Positions 37,209 to 51,200 of a stretch of 64,000 nt of DNA are shown here, piece by piece. The stretch's first letter is position 1. Each line of letters starts with the position of its first letter. A program made the translations under genes and the position numbers. The DNA comes from Balanoglossus misakiensis (Eukaryota; Animalia; Hemichordata): contig CM082598.2 in NCBI GenBank assembly GCA_040954595.2, positions 5,161,097 through 5,225,096 of the forward strand, written 5' to 3'. Under the pieces are notes generated by a model. That model saw only the letters and a program-made list of their open reading frames with translations, was not told the DNA's origin and searched no databases.

Positions 37209-40184
37209 TTAACGCCTACGAGAGACAAGACACGTGAATCTTACATCATGGCTCAATCATTCCATATACACCTACGCACGTCCGACACATTCTAGGAGGC
37301 TATACACACAATTAGATCACAATTAGGCCTAGTTTAGTGCTGCACAATTTCCACCCAAGCATACTGCACCTAGACTTTTTTTTATCAGGATGACGGCGAA
37401 ATTCTCACAAATCGTGATCTTGCTCTTGTTTATTGGAGCAAGGACGCCTCTATCCGGAAGGCCAGACTGATTTATTAGAAAGTCTTTTTGTCGGTGTGGG
37501 GCAGTGCAGCGAACAAAGGCAATGCTGCGTCCTTCATTTGATATAATTACTACGTCTCCGAAGACGGCAAGTAATATTGAACGCGTTAAAGGTACAGTAG
37601 CTGTAACCTTTTGCGTTTTCCCTTCTGAATTTCTGTCTGTTTAGGTTACTGGGCGCGGTAATGTGTCCTTTAAGTATTGCCCGTATCAGCTGTCTCGCAG
37701 TCATCCAAGCACTGGAATTGTCCGTTTGGCTGAAATATTTTGTCCCAATATTCCTGAGTTGTGTCTACCGTATTATGAGATGCAATATATAATTTTTCGC
37801 AACTTGCGAGATCTCGCTAGGCTTGATTAATTACCGTAGCAACTTGTTGCTAACCAAATAATACAAGTGAAGCTTTAAATGAAACTAGAATATGTACAGA
37901 TTTAACCAAATTTGTGCCATTTAGCTTGATGGGCCATGTGTTGTTTTTCCTGTGTCACATGAGAATGTCCTCCCAATTTAACCTAGCCACGCGAGATCTC
38001 ACGTTGTCTCGTGGATGTCGGAATATGGTATATTTTCAAGAACAAAGATTCATTACAGCAAGTAGTATCCACAAAGATCCAGGAAGACAGAGATGTCTTA
38101 TACACGTTATAATGTAACCTTCTTTCAAAAGAACTGCTGCATTATGTTATTGGAACTAAACTCTGCGTTTACGCAATGTATTGTACGCTCGTGGATTAAA
38201 TGCCCTGGGTGTGAAGACTACAAAATTAAAATAATGCTTTATACGAGCAATTAGAATGAGTCAAACTGTTCACTGCTCTTCAGAAGTGTCCCATGAAAAT
38301 AGGTAGCTAAATCATTGTCACGGTGACATTTAACAAAGAGCCCCCTTAAGTAGATAACATCGACAACTATATGAGGAAAGGCCTTGTCAATCCTGTTATG
38401 AAAATGACAGCTCACAACAAGGAACAACGCATCGCCATTCCCCTTCTTGAATTCTTGATATGGAATATCGACCGAACACGCAGTGAAATCGTCAATAACC
38501 ATTTTAACATGCTCCGAAATCATTAACAACCATTTTATCATGGGAATCCTATCTCTGTTGCTTCCATGGCAACAGGACAATTCACTTTTGCGCCTGTTGT
38601 CTTCTGTGAATTAACAAGTTTAAAGTATTGCGCCGTGGGGACCTACCGATATTCTTTATTCTTCATTGTATCCTAATTGAGAATGATAGTGTTTAATTCA
38701 TTTTGCATTTGTGGCCAGCCCTCATTAATAATGTAGTCCCACCGAAGCAAGAGCGGGACTGCCTTTATATGTTAACTTTGTACATTTTTACTGTCTGGTT
38801 TTAGTATCTGTATTGGTTATGTCCTGTTTTAACATGTAATGTGTATAATGAACTCTCATTGTATAAAACATTGACTTGTGTTATCCCTTCTTAATGTTCA
38901 CTTGACAATATAAGCGCATGGAAAACAATTCAGACCCGGGCAAAATGGTTTTGTTCTTGGCCCTAGCATATACCGGTACGTTGTAAATGCAATTAAATTG
39001 GCATTGGCTATTAAATATCACTATTAAACAGCACTGCAGTGACCAAAGTACAAAAGACAGCAGTCGGCATCTGTACGTGCAGTAGGCGGGACGATTAGCC
39101 ATGTGTCATGGTTATACAAGGCAGGAAGTTAATCATGTTCAAGGCTGGCTTATTACCCCCCTGTAAACAGGAACCTGACTCAGGCTCAGCCCAGAGAGTG
39201 AGATCACTAAGCGAATGTCAGCTATTTAGGTGGAGAATATGTTTATTCGGGGAATCATGTTCATTGGTGGATTAGAAAGTGGTGAATTATTAATAAGTGT
39301 TGGAGAGTCTCGTGAGCCCAAACATCATTTTCTGTACAAATACAAAATGAGTGATCTATCGTTCAAGTTTAACTCTACAAATTATGATTTCAAACACATT
39401 TAAAATCTTCATTGCGAAAAGGGTGTAACATGTATTTTCTTTCTTTTAAAATCAATCATCGAAAAAGAATGTATGGACACAAACGCAAAAATAGTCTAAA
39501 TGGGTAGCTCAAAAATTGCAGGGAAATAAGAAAATTAGTGGAATTGAGTCGGAATGACTAATTTTGGCATCTAAGCACAGAGCACTATATAAAAATGCAC
39601 CAGTATCAGGGAAAGCGATTACATCTCACCGAGAAGACCCAACATAAATACAGAGAGTGAACGTGAATGGGTTTGGTATATTTACAGTGGTCTATGAAAT
39701 TCTTTGTAAATGTTCAGTCAAAAGGAGGTCAATGAAAAAAAATTAAGAAACCCAAATTTTGATAACCAGGTGCACCTTGGGTAGACAAATACCATGTGTG
39801 TACTACCTACAATTATAAAATTGCAGACAAATTGGTAACTAAATGCATGTGTATTCAACAGATGCATGCCATCATGCTATTGTCTAATAAGAGTAGCTTT
39901 TGACGCTAAAAGTCAAAGTACATTTTGACAAGTGCGAGTGTCAGTTATCTGTGATGTTATTTGTACATGCGACTCAGAGAAATGAATAGCAGTCAGGGGG
40001 AGTTGTACTCATCATAACTTTTAGGGATTAGGGTCGTCTGGAACTGCACTATGAGACTTTTCTGCTTTCCATACCATCTACATAGTTTGCTACTTGTCAG
40101 TGACACCCTGCCAACCAATGCATGGTATATTGAGTTCCTGATAAAAAGTAATGAAGCATTGTTTGCCCTGATGTAGAGTGTAAA

Positions 40185-40490
40185 ACAAAGTAACAACCAC
40201 ATTGTTTGCAATGATGTACATTGTAGCAGTTACACTACAGTGTAATACAAAGTGACAATCACATTGTTTGCAATGATGTACATTGTAGCAGTTACACTAC
40301 AATGTGATACAAAGTAAGTTCACAGTGTTTGCAATGATGTACATTGTAGCAGTTACACTACAGTGTAATACATATGGAGTAACAACCACATTGTTTGCAA
40401 TGATGTACATTGTAGCAGTCACACTTTGTACCTATGCTTTAATTTGCCATGGGACCCATAAACCCACAGCCGCAGACGGGACTGCGACCT
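40185..40490 (+). mobile_element. 62-bp-array element (5'-truncated)
   Basis: About 4 units followed by the 3' module cccacagccgcagacggg. Confidence 0.75.
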
Positions 40491-42195
40491 GAAAGTACAG
40501 TAAATAGTACTGGTAGATGTCAATGTAAGCTTTTAAACATCTAATTCCTATAAGAACTCCACTTTGTCTTCTATGATTAAAAATAAGCTTAATTTGTTCG
40601 TGGATTTTGCATTCACACAGTAAAAACAAGATATTCTCTGGTTGTTATGCAGGAAAATATTCTCTTCATAATAAGTCACCATTTCTCCGTGAAGTTGCTT
40701 TATGCTCGTTTAAAGTACTGTGAGGCCTCAATGCAAACAGATCTTGACATATATCCACCTTTCCGAGGTCTCTGTATGAGTAATTTTCCGGATTCATTTC
40801 CTCATTACTATTACAGGGCGGCCCTCTATGCTCTCTTGCACTCAGCGTTTTGCCGGAAATATCATTTTCTTTCTCGCAAAATGTATTCAACTTTACGAGA
40901 CCGTTGAAGTCAAAAGAAGGCGACCTTATCTAATATCAGATCGGCATTTATCTTTCCTTTTTATCCTACTGCAGTCGGGATGCCATAACTCTTCGGCATT
41001 TACCATTCACAGGAAAGAATCAGCCAACTGACAAAGGTTTTCCACTGGTGTACTGTGGGTTATTTCTACATTATATCAATGGCAACTTTTGACCTGTTCA
41101 AACCACTTGACATCTGCCTTTGAATTTCATTACTTGTTTTTTCCGAGTGAACTTTATGTCACCAAGTCTGAGCAAGTATTTCTAGTACCACTTTGCTTGT
41201 ATAAGTCCTAGCGTTGTTGATTTTATTGTACAACGCAAAAATGTAGCCAGCAATATGTGTTAAGGCACAATATGTTCTCTCTCCATCTGTCTCATAATCC
41301 CCCCCCCCCTCTCTCTCAATCTCTCACTTCATATCTCTCCTTCAAGTTGTCTCCCCTCCCTCCCCGTCTCCCTCTTCCTGTCAAACACACACTGTGTGGG
41401 GCAATATGAAGCAAGTGACACAAGAGGGGAACATGTGTTTTCCTACCAATTACAAATGCTTCCATTATACATCACCTGAGGATATTAATGCATGTGACAC
41501 CGAATCACGACTCAAAACCATGTGTAGCTGTCGCGATTGCCTGTTGCATGATCGCGAGGATAACTATTCAATTTATCTGACGTTAGAGTCTTTCCTTTGT
41601 ATTGATATATTGGGCACTCTGTGGTTTCAATTGAGAACCCCTGGAGGATTTGCATGCACACGGTTGAGCTGTGTTTGCGCATGTGATGTTTTAGTTAATG
41701 ATGTGACCACCGCTTTATACCTGCTTGGCTCTTGCACGTAGTCGCGAGTAGGCGGTGACAAAAATCGTCGATTGACAGGCGGGCATGGGTGGACATTTGA
41801 ATGGAAATGAATACCACATCGATCCTATTATGGCTCTGTCTATTTCTGAGTGCGACTTGTTTTAACACTGCGAAAATCAATAGAAGCCAGAGAGCACTCG
41901 GCGAAACCAAGGCATGGTGTTCAGCTGAGGAGACACGGACGTTTCTCTGATCACACCGACATCCTGCCTCCGTCGTCGCGTTGGATCGAGTCCCTCTGCC
42001 GTTGTACTTGCACTGCCGTTTATTACCCCAACCAGCGGTTAGAACACCCGAGGTTGGGTTTCTTGCCCACGCACTTGTAAATCATTTACATCAATGTAGT
42101 CGGCTGGTCGACCCGTCTACTCATTACTCCTATGATGCACCGGAGTCTCTCTCTCTCACTCTTTTTATAACGAGCAGCGGATTTCGGGCTCAACC

Positions 42196-42247
42196 ATGAC
42201 AAAGTTAGTTCAAGCTATTGTTTATCTTCTCATCGTGCTAATACTAG
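42196..42247 (+). CDS. neurotrophin-like 2 exon 1 (signal peptide)
   Basis: accATG, hydrophobic run, donor CTAG|gtgagt, phase 1. Confidence 0.75.
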
Positions 42248-45200
42248 GTGAGTACCAAAGTTCTCATTCTTTAAGCCCGATCGCTCTAACTTCCCTCCGT
42301 TACAGGAATTATTGAGTCAAACCTGGGTTTGATACATTTACTTAGAATTTCTAATGTTTTTTTTAAACTAAAGTAATTATTAATGCACTTATGTTTATGC
42401 ATTACTTTGGTCGAAAGGGCCAAGGGAATATACATTTCGAAAATACTTCCCTACTGTCGATACGTTATAAATTCAAGGGGTTTGGGGAATTTTCGCTGTT
42501 TGATATCGACAGGTATATTAGTTCAATGAAAATTTGGCATCCGTCGTGAGTCACAATATATGAAAGATTCACCATGATAATTCCTGGTTTCGTGCATTGA
42601 TCACATGCGGAATGGCCTTTAATTTTGAATAGTTGGATATTAAAAGCACAATTAGCTAACATGAAGTAAATTTCCAATCGTTTTCCACATAATTGAGTAT
42701 CAGTTTTTTTCGTAATCAAGAGGAATTGTGAATTTTACATATACGTAGTCGAGATTGGCGAAAATAAATCTTTCTGAACATGATTTGTCAATCGTTGATG
42801 TTTGAAAGCTTTGTTTTGTGAAGAAACGCTGGTCTTTGAGTTATCACTAAGATTAATCGAGCACACAGGGCGAAAATAGAAAGTAAATGAACCTTCAATG
42901 AGCAATTCATTATATATTTATAATGACACTACATGAATTTCGCGTATCGTGGGACATGTGTCCGTCAAAAGAGATACCACTGAGGATATATTGCACTGTG
43001 CTGAAAAGGGGTGAATAAATCAAGCCCATATATTGAATATGCATCTCAGTGCCCCATCTCTCGGCTGCGTCGAACAAGCGTCTCATAAAAAAATCAAGTA
43101 TTCAGGTCTCCACAAGTTTCGCTGGAGCTTTTGACATTTGGAGAGCTTCGCCGCTGACCTTTGGATAATACGCCAGCATGCGAGGATCACTGACGACTTC
43201 ACTTTCAAACTGTTAATGATGGACACTATTGTGTCACAAAACATTTTGCGGATAAAAAGTGAAAACACATCCCAATCCGTGTCTGCCTTCTTATTAAGGG
43301 GATTGCTATGCCAATTAAACGCGCCTGTAAAACTACTATAAGCTTACATTTAATTTCCGTGTAGGTACACCTAGTTGAGACAAATAATTGTATTTTTTGT
43401 CTGAATTTTATAAAGTTCACACACACACACATACATACATACATATCACATATACATATATACTGGTACATACATACATAAATGCATACACATACATACA
43501 TACATACATACATACATACATACATACATACATACATACTTGACATACATACACACACACATACATACATACATACACACATACATACATTAACTACAAC
43601 GGTATATGAGGTTTTTGCGTGCACGTTTGTGAAATCAATAAAAAATTGCTATATATAGGCAATCCCTAGTTGTATACATAATTGATGAATAAAGTGCAAT
43701 AAAGCATTTTCAACAGATTTATATAAGTTGCCTATTAAAAGATATTAAAAAGTAAGTGTCGTCATTGTGCAATGATTCCAATAGGAAATGATGGTTTGCT
43801 TGGCGCGATATGAAGACAGTATACATAACAATACAATGATCATGTTCATAAAAGATAGTTATTCCTGTACTTGGAGGATGGAATGATTATTAACTCAATT
43901 TCAGGAGGTTTTACTCGATTATCTCGGAACAAATTGAGGTTGTTGTCTGTGGCCATTTCAAGCTCCTCGTGGTCACGTGTTTGGTACAAGGTTCCCATGG
44001 AGATAACTTGTGTAGTTCAAACTGTTTACTTGTTGATAGAGATGAACGCGTGCACATCTCTTAATCAATATGGTGCCAATGTCAAATTAGTCATTAATCA
44101 GCTTCGTGCACTGAAACAGATGGTGTCAGGGATAGGGAAGACTACGACCATTTAACGAGATCTTAATATGCCGGCTCTTGCCGTAAGCTTTTACTCAGTC
44201 CAGATTGCTAACAAGCGCGCGAGTGTTAATGTTGCGGTGCAATGGCCCAAGGTTGGGACTACATCATTAGTGTCAGCTGCGACTGATCATTATTATCGCC
44301 CTGCATTGGACGATTTAGTAACAAACGTGTGGGCTATTTGGCGTTTGTAAGATGTCATGTTTGAATTTGATATCATGATTCATGGGTATAGGGTGTGCTT
44401 AAGGTAACACGCGAATTGAAAATCAAAATCTCAAACTTTTTCTCATATTTCGCTCAAGGTAACTTAAGATTATTTTCTTTTAAAATTGTTGTGAGTCACC
44501 GAGCACAAATTTAAGTGATAGAGCAGAATTTTCGTTCAGGCTCAAATTGTGTCAAATATGAAATTCAAAATGTCTGCCAATCTCTATTGAGAACATTTTA
44601 AGTAAGGATAAATTTTATGAAAGCAAGATGGTGAATACTATTAAGTTGTCTTCTTTTTGTTTTCAAAACGACCACTCGTACACTTTAATAGAGAAAAGAA
44701 TTGCAAAGTTTGGAGGACTACCATTCTGTGATAATCTATTCCGAGGCGTACACTACCTTAATGCAATGTTCACATTCCAAACGTCTCATTTTTCTGTTTT
44801 GCATTTATTTGTCCTTTAATCAGGATAAGAGCTGGGGTGTAGAGATTATACTGATACAATATGTTTAATGGACAACTAGTAAACAGAACTGTTCTACACT
44901 TCAAATAATCGCCATCTCGCCAAAACTGTGTACAGTACCTAATCAAGATATATTCAAAGAAGGTAGTATATGTAGATAAGTAGATAGGTAGGTAGGTGAT
45001 GGGTGGATAGATTAACATGCAAGTATAGGCAAGCGTGTATTCTGGTAGGGAATTGTCTAATCTCCTATCCAAAGTCTTAGAAGTTCAACAAGTACCGTAC
45101 ACACGTCGTGCATTATTTCACACCCATTCTATTCCTATGACATGACTACTGTCAGCTGCAATATTTTCATATGCACTATTGCAACTACTTTTGGTTGAAT

Positions 45201-48200
45201 TTTATTTATCTGCACATTCGAAGGGACCTTTGAGGGACTTAATTCTGGGCATTCGCACCTTAAATGCTACGAATGACGTGTATATTGTACAATGCGTTCC
45301 TTGAAGCTGGATAGCGTGCGCTGGTTAATTGACGGTGTTAGGTGTAATGCCCTACACTCCCGGGAGGTCTCGTGTTACAACAGTAGGCGAACCGGTGACG
45401 GAAGCTCGCCAATATAATTTCCTACCCGGGGTTGACTCTTTACAGAAATAAAATGTCACAAATTACACATTTACGCCTTGTCAATTAATTTGCGCTACTT
45501 AAAGGCAAGTCGAGAATTCGACGCTAACAGAATTCCACAATCTGCAAGATGCCCGAGTTAGTTTCCCTTGTGTAATTGATGATTTTGCAAAGTCTCCCTA
45601 AAGAACACAACGCGCATGTGCCCCATTCAAAATGATATATACCTTACACTGCATCGATCGCACAACACTAATTACGTCACTGCCCTTCCTATCGCAATAC
45701 TAATGACGTCATACGGTGTTTCTTGGCACAGATAAAGCTGAAAGGTCAATGATGTATTCATTTGATAAAACATTCTTCGCTCGAAAACGGGCACTATCAC
45801 ACGACAGTGTCAATATAAAAAATCCCGATTTAGCTCGATTGTCCTCTGACAAAACGGTCTTTATCTATTCAATATTCAATTTCTCCTTTTAGAAGCAATA
45901 AATTTATCCTTTAATGATTCGGAAGTTAAAGTCGATATTAAGCTTAGGTCTTTCTGCAGCCTTGCAGCTAGTTCGTGCAACTACAAACTAAGGAGACACC
46001 TTGCAAAAAGTATACTGATTATTCCCTTGTTTGCTCTACGCAACTCTAGCTCGAACTTCTGAAAGCGCTGTACCCCAACTTAGGATATATTTTCGCGCCG
46101 TGATTTGACGTCATCTTCTTAAAATAGTTTTCTCCAGATTTAGCAACGGGTAGGCAAATGTTCGAAAGAGTCAATTTAGTAGGAATTAGATACTTGACAG
46201 ACAGCCTAACGAACTGCAAAACGCCTACATTAACAATAAAGAATAGCTGTTGATTGACTGTAGGACTACTCTAAGGTAGTAGCCTATGTGTCACAAGAAC
46301 AGATATTCAGGAAAATAAAAATCCTCCAAACCTTTCAATTCTAAGCTAATATTGTGTGATGAGTCTTGTTGAAAACAAGGAAGAAAACATGGTATTCATT
46401 ATCTTGCTCCTATAAAAAATCTTACTTTAACTTTTTCATGACAGAGTTAACAAAGTCATTGGCGGCCATTTTGAATTTCAAATTTGAGAAAATTTTGTTC
46501 TTTCATTCAAACTTTTGCTCGGTGACTCCCAGTTTTCTTTACTAGTTGTAAGTCAGAAGAATCTAAAGTTGCTTTGAGAAAAATATAATGAATGGTTTAA
46601 GACATGTGGGTATTCTTACCAATAAGATTTGGAAATTGCATTAAAGGGTAACTCCCCCCTTTAGATGCTTAAAGGTATACAGTCACCCGCAATTTACATA
46701 CGCCCATATATGGCTGAAATGACGTATTTGAGCGTTCTAAAGAACATATGGTGGTGCTCTTCTTTTCGCTTGTGCCACCCACTGAAAATCTGTGATTGGC
46801 TAGATCTCAATTTGCCATGGTAACTATTGCTAATTTTCCATAGGTGACGGTATACCTTTAACCATGTAATAATGTCAATTTCGGCGCGCTTCGTTGATAT
46901 GGGAAAGAGCATTATCATACATAGATTCACATAGAAATCCAGACACCTCATTTAATGGTGTATATCTATACAATTCACATCAGAATCGAACATTTTCTGG
47001 AAAGCAGATAAATAGCCTGACAACAAATCTAAAGCGAGTGCATTTTCATTGATTTTGTTTTACTAGGGTAAAAGATCATCTTGTTCTAAGAGGTTAAGTT
47101 GCAGAACTTTTGTGCAACCCTTGATATTTCTAGGCATAGACGCCCACGGCCAGGCGCACAAGAACTTTCGACCGTTATTTTTGCAAAAGGGTCCCCAGAC
47201 AATGAATTCAACTATGCGTTGGTGGAAGTACAGCTACAATACAGTGTTCCCCTTACAATTCTGTCTCGCTAGTACAAAATAACAGTCACATTAAACTTAA
47301 TAATTCGAGAATTGGTTTTCGAATACGCGTCCCCACGTATGAATCACTTTTTAAAGCTCGCTATTTGAGAAACATTTTGTATAGCATATAATTATCAACT
47401 ATTTCAACTTTTTTATCGGATGGAAATATTTTGTTTATTTGCATATACGCAATGATTTCCACATTTGAAACCATCTAAGATTTTCTTAAGGATACAAACG
47501 CACCCCTTGTTATAGGCAACGTTTATTGAACATTTATCATCTCATTGCGCCAATTAGACTTTAGCCAGAACTATATAGTTTCTGTGCCTAATGGTGACTT
47601 CAGAGTAGTTACCCTCGTATATAGAAACTTCAATATTAGACCTGTCAGTGTCCTGTATATTTACAATTACATGTATACGTACCATTAATCTTCCTTCAAG
47701 ATTGATCGAAGTCGTTTTCTGTTATCATAGTGTGTGTGCACGCTCGCACGCTGTACATTTTAGACGTGAATCACCAACAACTTTTAGTGTCTCCCCGTCT
47801 CATTGTGCGCGAAAAGTCAAAATTGATCTGACACTGACAGTCCATTTACCCTTTGTGAGTAATTAGCATGTGACTTTCTCATTATACTTGATATTTATCT
47901 GCGTTCTCTGTGGAAAACACGACAAATGGTATACCGATACACAAGTATATGTGACTGGTTATCCATATAGGTTATAACTGGTATTCCGTTACCAATGATA
48001 AATGAAAATGGCTAGCTGGGTGCAGAACCATTTTGGACCTGTCTAAAGATTCGACTAATGATTCCAGCTGTGCTTAGAAAATCTTACAGCTGTAAAACCA
48101 TCGCGAATTTATAACATAAACCGTTGTTGTTTTAAGTTCCCAACTCCTGCGCATATGCCAGTCGCTGCTGTAAACAGCTCGTTTCCCATTCATGTACAAA

Positions 48201-51200
48201 TGTTTGCCATGAATGTAAGAACTTTGTCAGACGCCAATGCCTTGTTAACGTAAACAATGGCACAAGCAAGGCGACATTCAGAGGGAAGCATGACTGACCC
48301 GCCATTAAATTGTGTTATCTTTGAACTTGACTCTAAGTAACGGAGTATTCTAACGAGACTTGGGAGCGGCGTCACCTTTCATGTTCGCCAAGGACGCGCC
48401 GATATACGCTCGTTCTTATTTGGGTCCGCGCAAATTTAGATGGGTAGGGCGCGATCGAGCTGCCGTGCCGTGGGAATAAGCCTCAATTCAATTATTTCCC
48501 CGAGAGAGAGTTTGAACTTTGACATTATATCAATTGTTTTGTGTAGGAAGTCAGCGTACAGACGACATCCCAAGCCACCGGATAGCTTTCAATTAGCCTC
48601 ATAATCCCAGGACTATAGATGTGTTCTGTGTGCGTGGATTTTTTTCCGAGCGATTTGACGTTTGCTTGTCTCTGTCATAACGGTATAATGAGCTTAACAG
48701 CCCAAGCTATTCCTCGCCAGAAACGGCGCATTAAAAGAACTATTTAGGGTGTTAGTGTTTCCCCTCGGGAGACTCTTTTACGTCTTCGATTTCCTCCCAC
48801 CTGAAGGCTCCAGTGGCGAGCTAGGGAGCTCTGCGTTGCCACGAGAATCCATGTTTCCTTGCGCAATTTAAAGTACAAGCTCAGCCATTGCCTGGTCCGT
48901 GATCTTTCCCAACACGCTACAAACGATGATTACGGTACTCCTACTAGTATCCGGGAACGTCATGTTGTCCTGTTGTTCGTGCCAGGGGGGGGGGGGGGGT
49001 CTGAAACGACACAAAATTCCACTGGGCCTCAGAATTCGGAAAAACACAAATCTCAGAATTTACCATCCCATCAATCACTATTTAGATTGTTATAACAGTA
49101 CCTATATGAGTATAGTGTGAGCTACATAGCATCAATTAATAAACCATTTTAAGGATTGAAGATTTCGACGCATAGATTCAATCTTGACGTATCACTCCCT
49201 CGTAATACCCCCCCCCCCCATAAACACATGTATCTGCCATTGCAAAGCATGTGTGAACATGGTTATAGGTCAAGTTATATCAAGTTGCATTTCTTTGCGC
49301 ACAATAGCAGCACGTATACTTATATTCCCCAAATGCCACATTTTGAACCCAAAGAGCGACGTTTTACGTGGGCCTTGCAAGTCTGTGGTTTAATCTTTGG
49401 TATTTGAATTTGCACTTACACTTAATTCAATTGTATGATACATCTGTTCAGTTTTTACCTGCGTATTGAGCATAATTGATCCCCAAATAGCATTCGCATA
49501 GGTTGCTTTCAGAAGATTTCCCACGACGGTCCCCCCTTTTTCTGGCAAATAGGTTAAAGGTCACAATATAAGTATTCCATTATTTCTGACGTGTACGCGG
49601 ATCCCCTTTGCAGAGCGGCGCGGCTCAGGAGAACAACACACTGCCATTTCTTCTTATTTTCAAATTTAGGTCCAAGATTACATCTGTCGATAAGTATCAG
49701 AGAAGGGGCTCGCAAAAATGCCTTTGAGTGGCTGCTCGAGTTATCATTTACTCATACACAAACCCCAGCAATTGACTCGGATTACCGAGACTAAAATGCC
49801 ATTCATAATCTCGTCAGCAGTTTCGCCCGCGGAGTTTCCCTGCTGAATTTATTAACATTAAGTCACTTCCACGAGACATTATTTTAGCATTTGGTGTCAA
49901 TAAAACTAAAATCATCTGGTGCTTAAATTTCCCGGTAACAATATCAAGTAATCGTTTACGCTACATCACATAAATTCTTATTATTATAACTGCTGCCCAC
50001 TCATACGCATTAAAGTAATGAAACGCATAAAACGTCAGGGTTAAACTAGTTGGCTTCGCTACTATGACGAACTTTCCGTTCATAAATTAGCTGTAAATTG
50101 AAATTTTGTAGCCGAAAATTGCGTGGAAGGGGAAACACTTCGGGAACGACCCTTTCGCGAAAGGTTTCATTGTTAGAAAATATTCAAAAGTCATGGAGCT
50201 ATAAACTGAAAGATGTTTGCATGATAAACCCACGCATGTTAGCGTTATCATCTTAAATCGGGCAAACAGTGCTTGTGACATCGGATGTTCTGAAATAACT
50301 TTCCCTACATGCTTTTTATAACACATATGAAATGTCGCTTATACTTATCTATGGTCTTCTTTTGCAGGACACATCAAGTTTACACAGGGTAAATCAATTC
50401 ATCGGCCGGCAGCACATCGAGCAGTAAGTCACATGGGACTTTAATTTATCTTGTCGCTTAGCAGACAAAATTGTAACACACGTCATCCGAAGACTGTGTT
50501 CTCATTCGTCAATTGCTGGTGCGTTCTTTTTGTGCTGTTGCCCGCCGGGCATCAGTTCCGAAAAACGATGCCCGCTCACTTTCTGTATTGTGAGGTCTTA
50601 TGCATGGCTGCGGATGAGGTGTGTTACAAAACACATTGTATTGAATCTTGTCGGTTAAAGGGACAAAATCTCTCTCTCACTACCCTTTTTCCATTAATTA
50701 TGTTTGATACAAGACACTGTTTATGTTATTGTACATGTGTATATGTAGTGAATGAATGTTCAACCACACACAACTTCCATCCCACTTGTAGAGACGAGGG
50801 TGTAAAAACTCGCCAAAATGAACAATCGGTCTGTACCGTTTATTCATTTTGGGCGAGATTTAGCCAATCTGATGGATTCATATCAGCGGAAGTACAAGGA
50901 TGTAAGGTCATTTAGGGGTCAAACGGCCTGTTAACTAGTAACCTGTTTTATATTTCTTTCTTTCAGTCCTTAACCAGTAAGCCTTTTAAAGATATATTCG
51001 ACACACACCCACGGGCGAGGCCCAGGCCAACGCTATACGACGTTCTTCCTTTCATGCGTCCTGTAAATAGGGAAAGAGTAGTGTTTTCTTCCAATAAACC
51101 TAACTTTACACCAATAGTCACTTTGGATGAATTTCCGTCACACCTTTCGTCTTCATCGACATCAATAACAAAGGTGAGATATCTGCTATTTATTTTATTT

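Noticed and set aside
37468-37470. In-frame TGA as selenocysteine
   Set aside because: No recognisable selenoprotein context or SECIS; the downstream frame runs into a probable MITE terminus.
38340-38525. Possible LINE RT remnant (also 40640-41030) and a Gypsy-integrase-like trace at about 43900-44150
   Set aside because: Similarity too weak to support without a database search.
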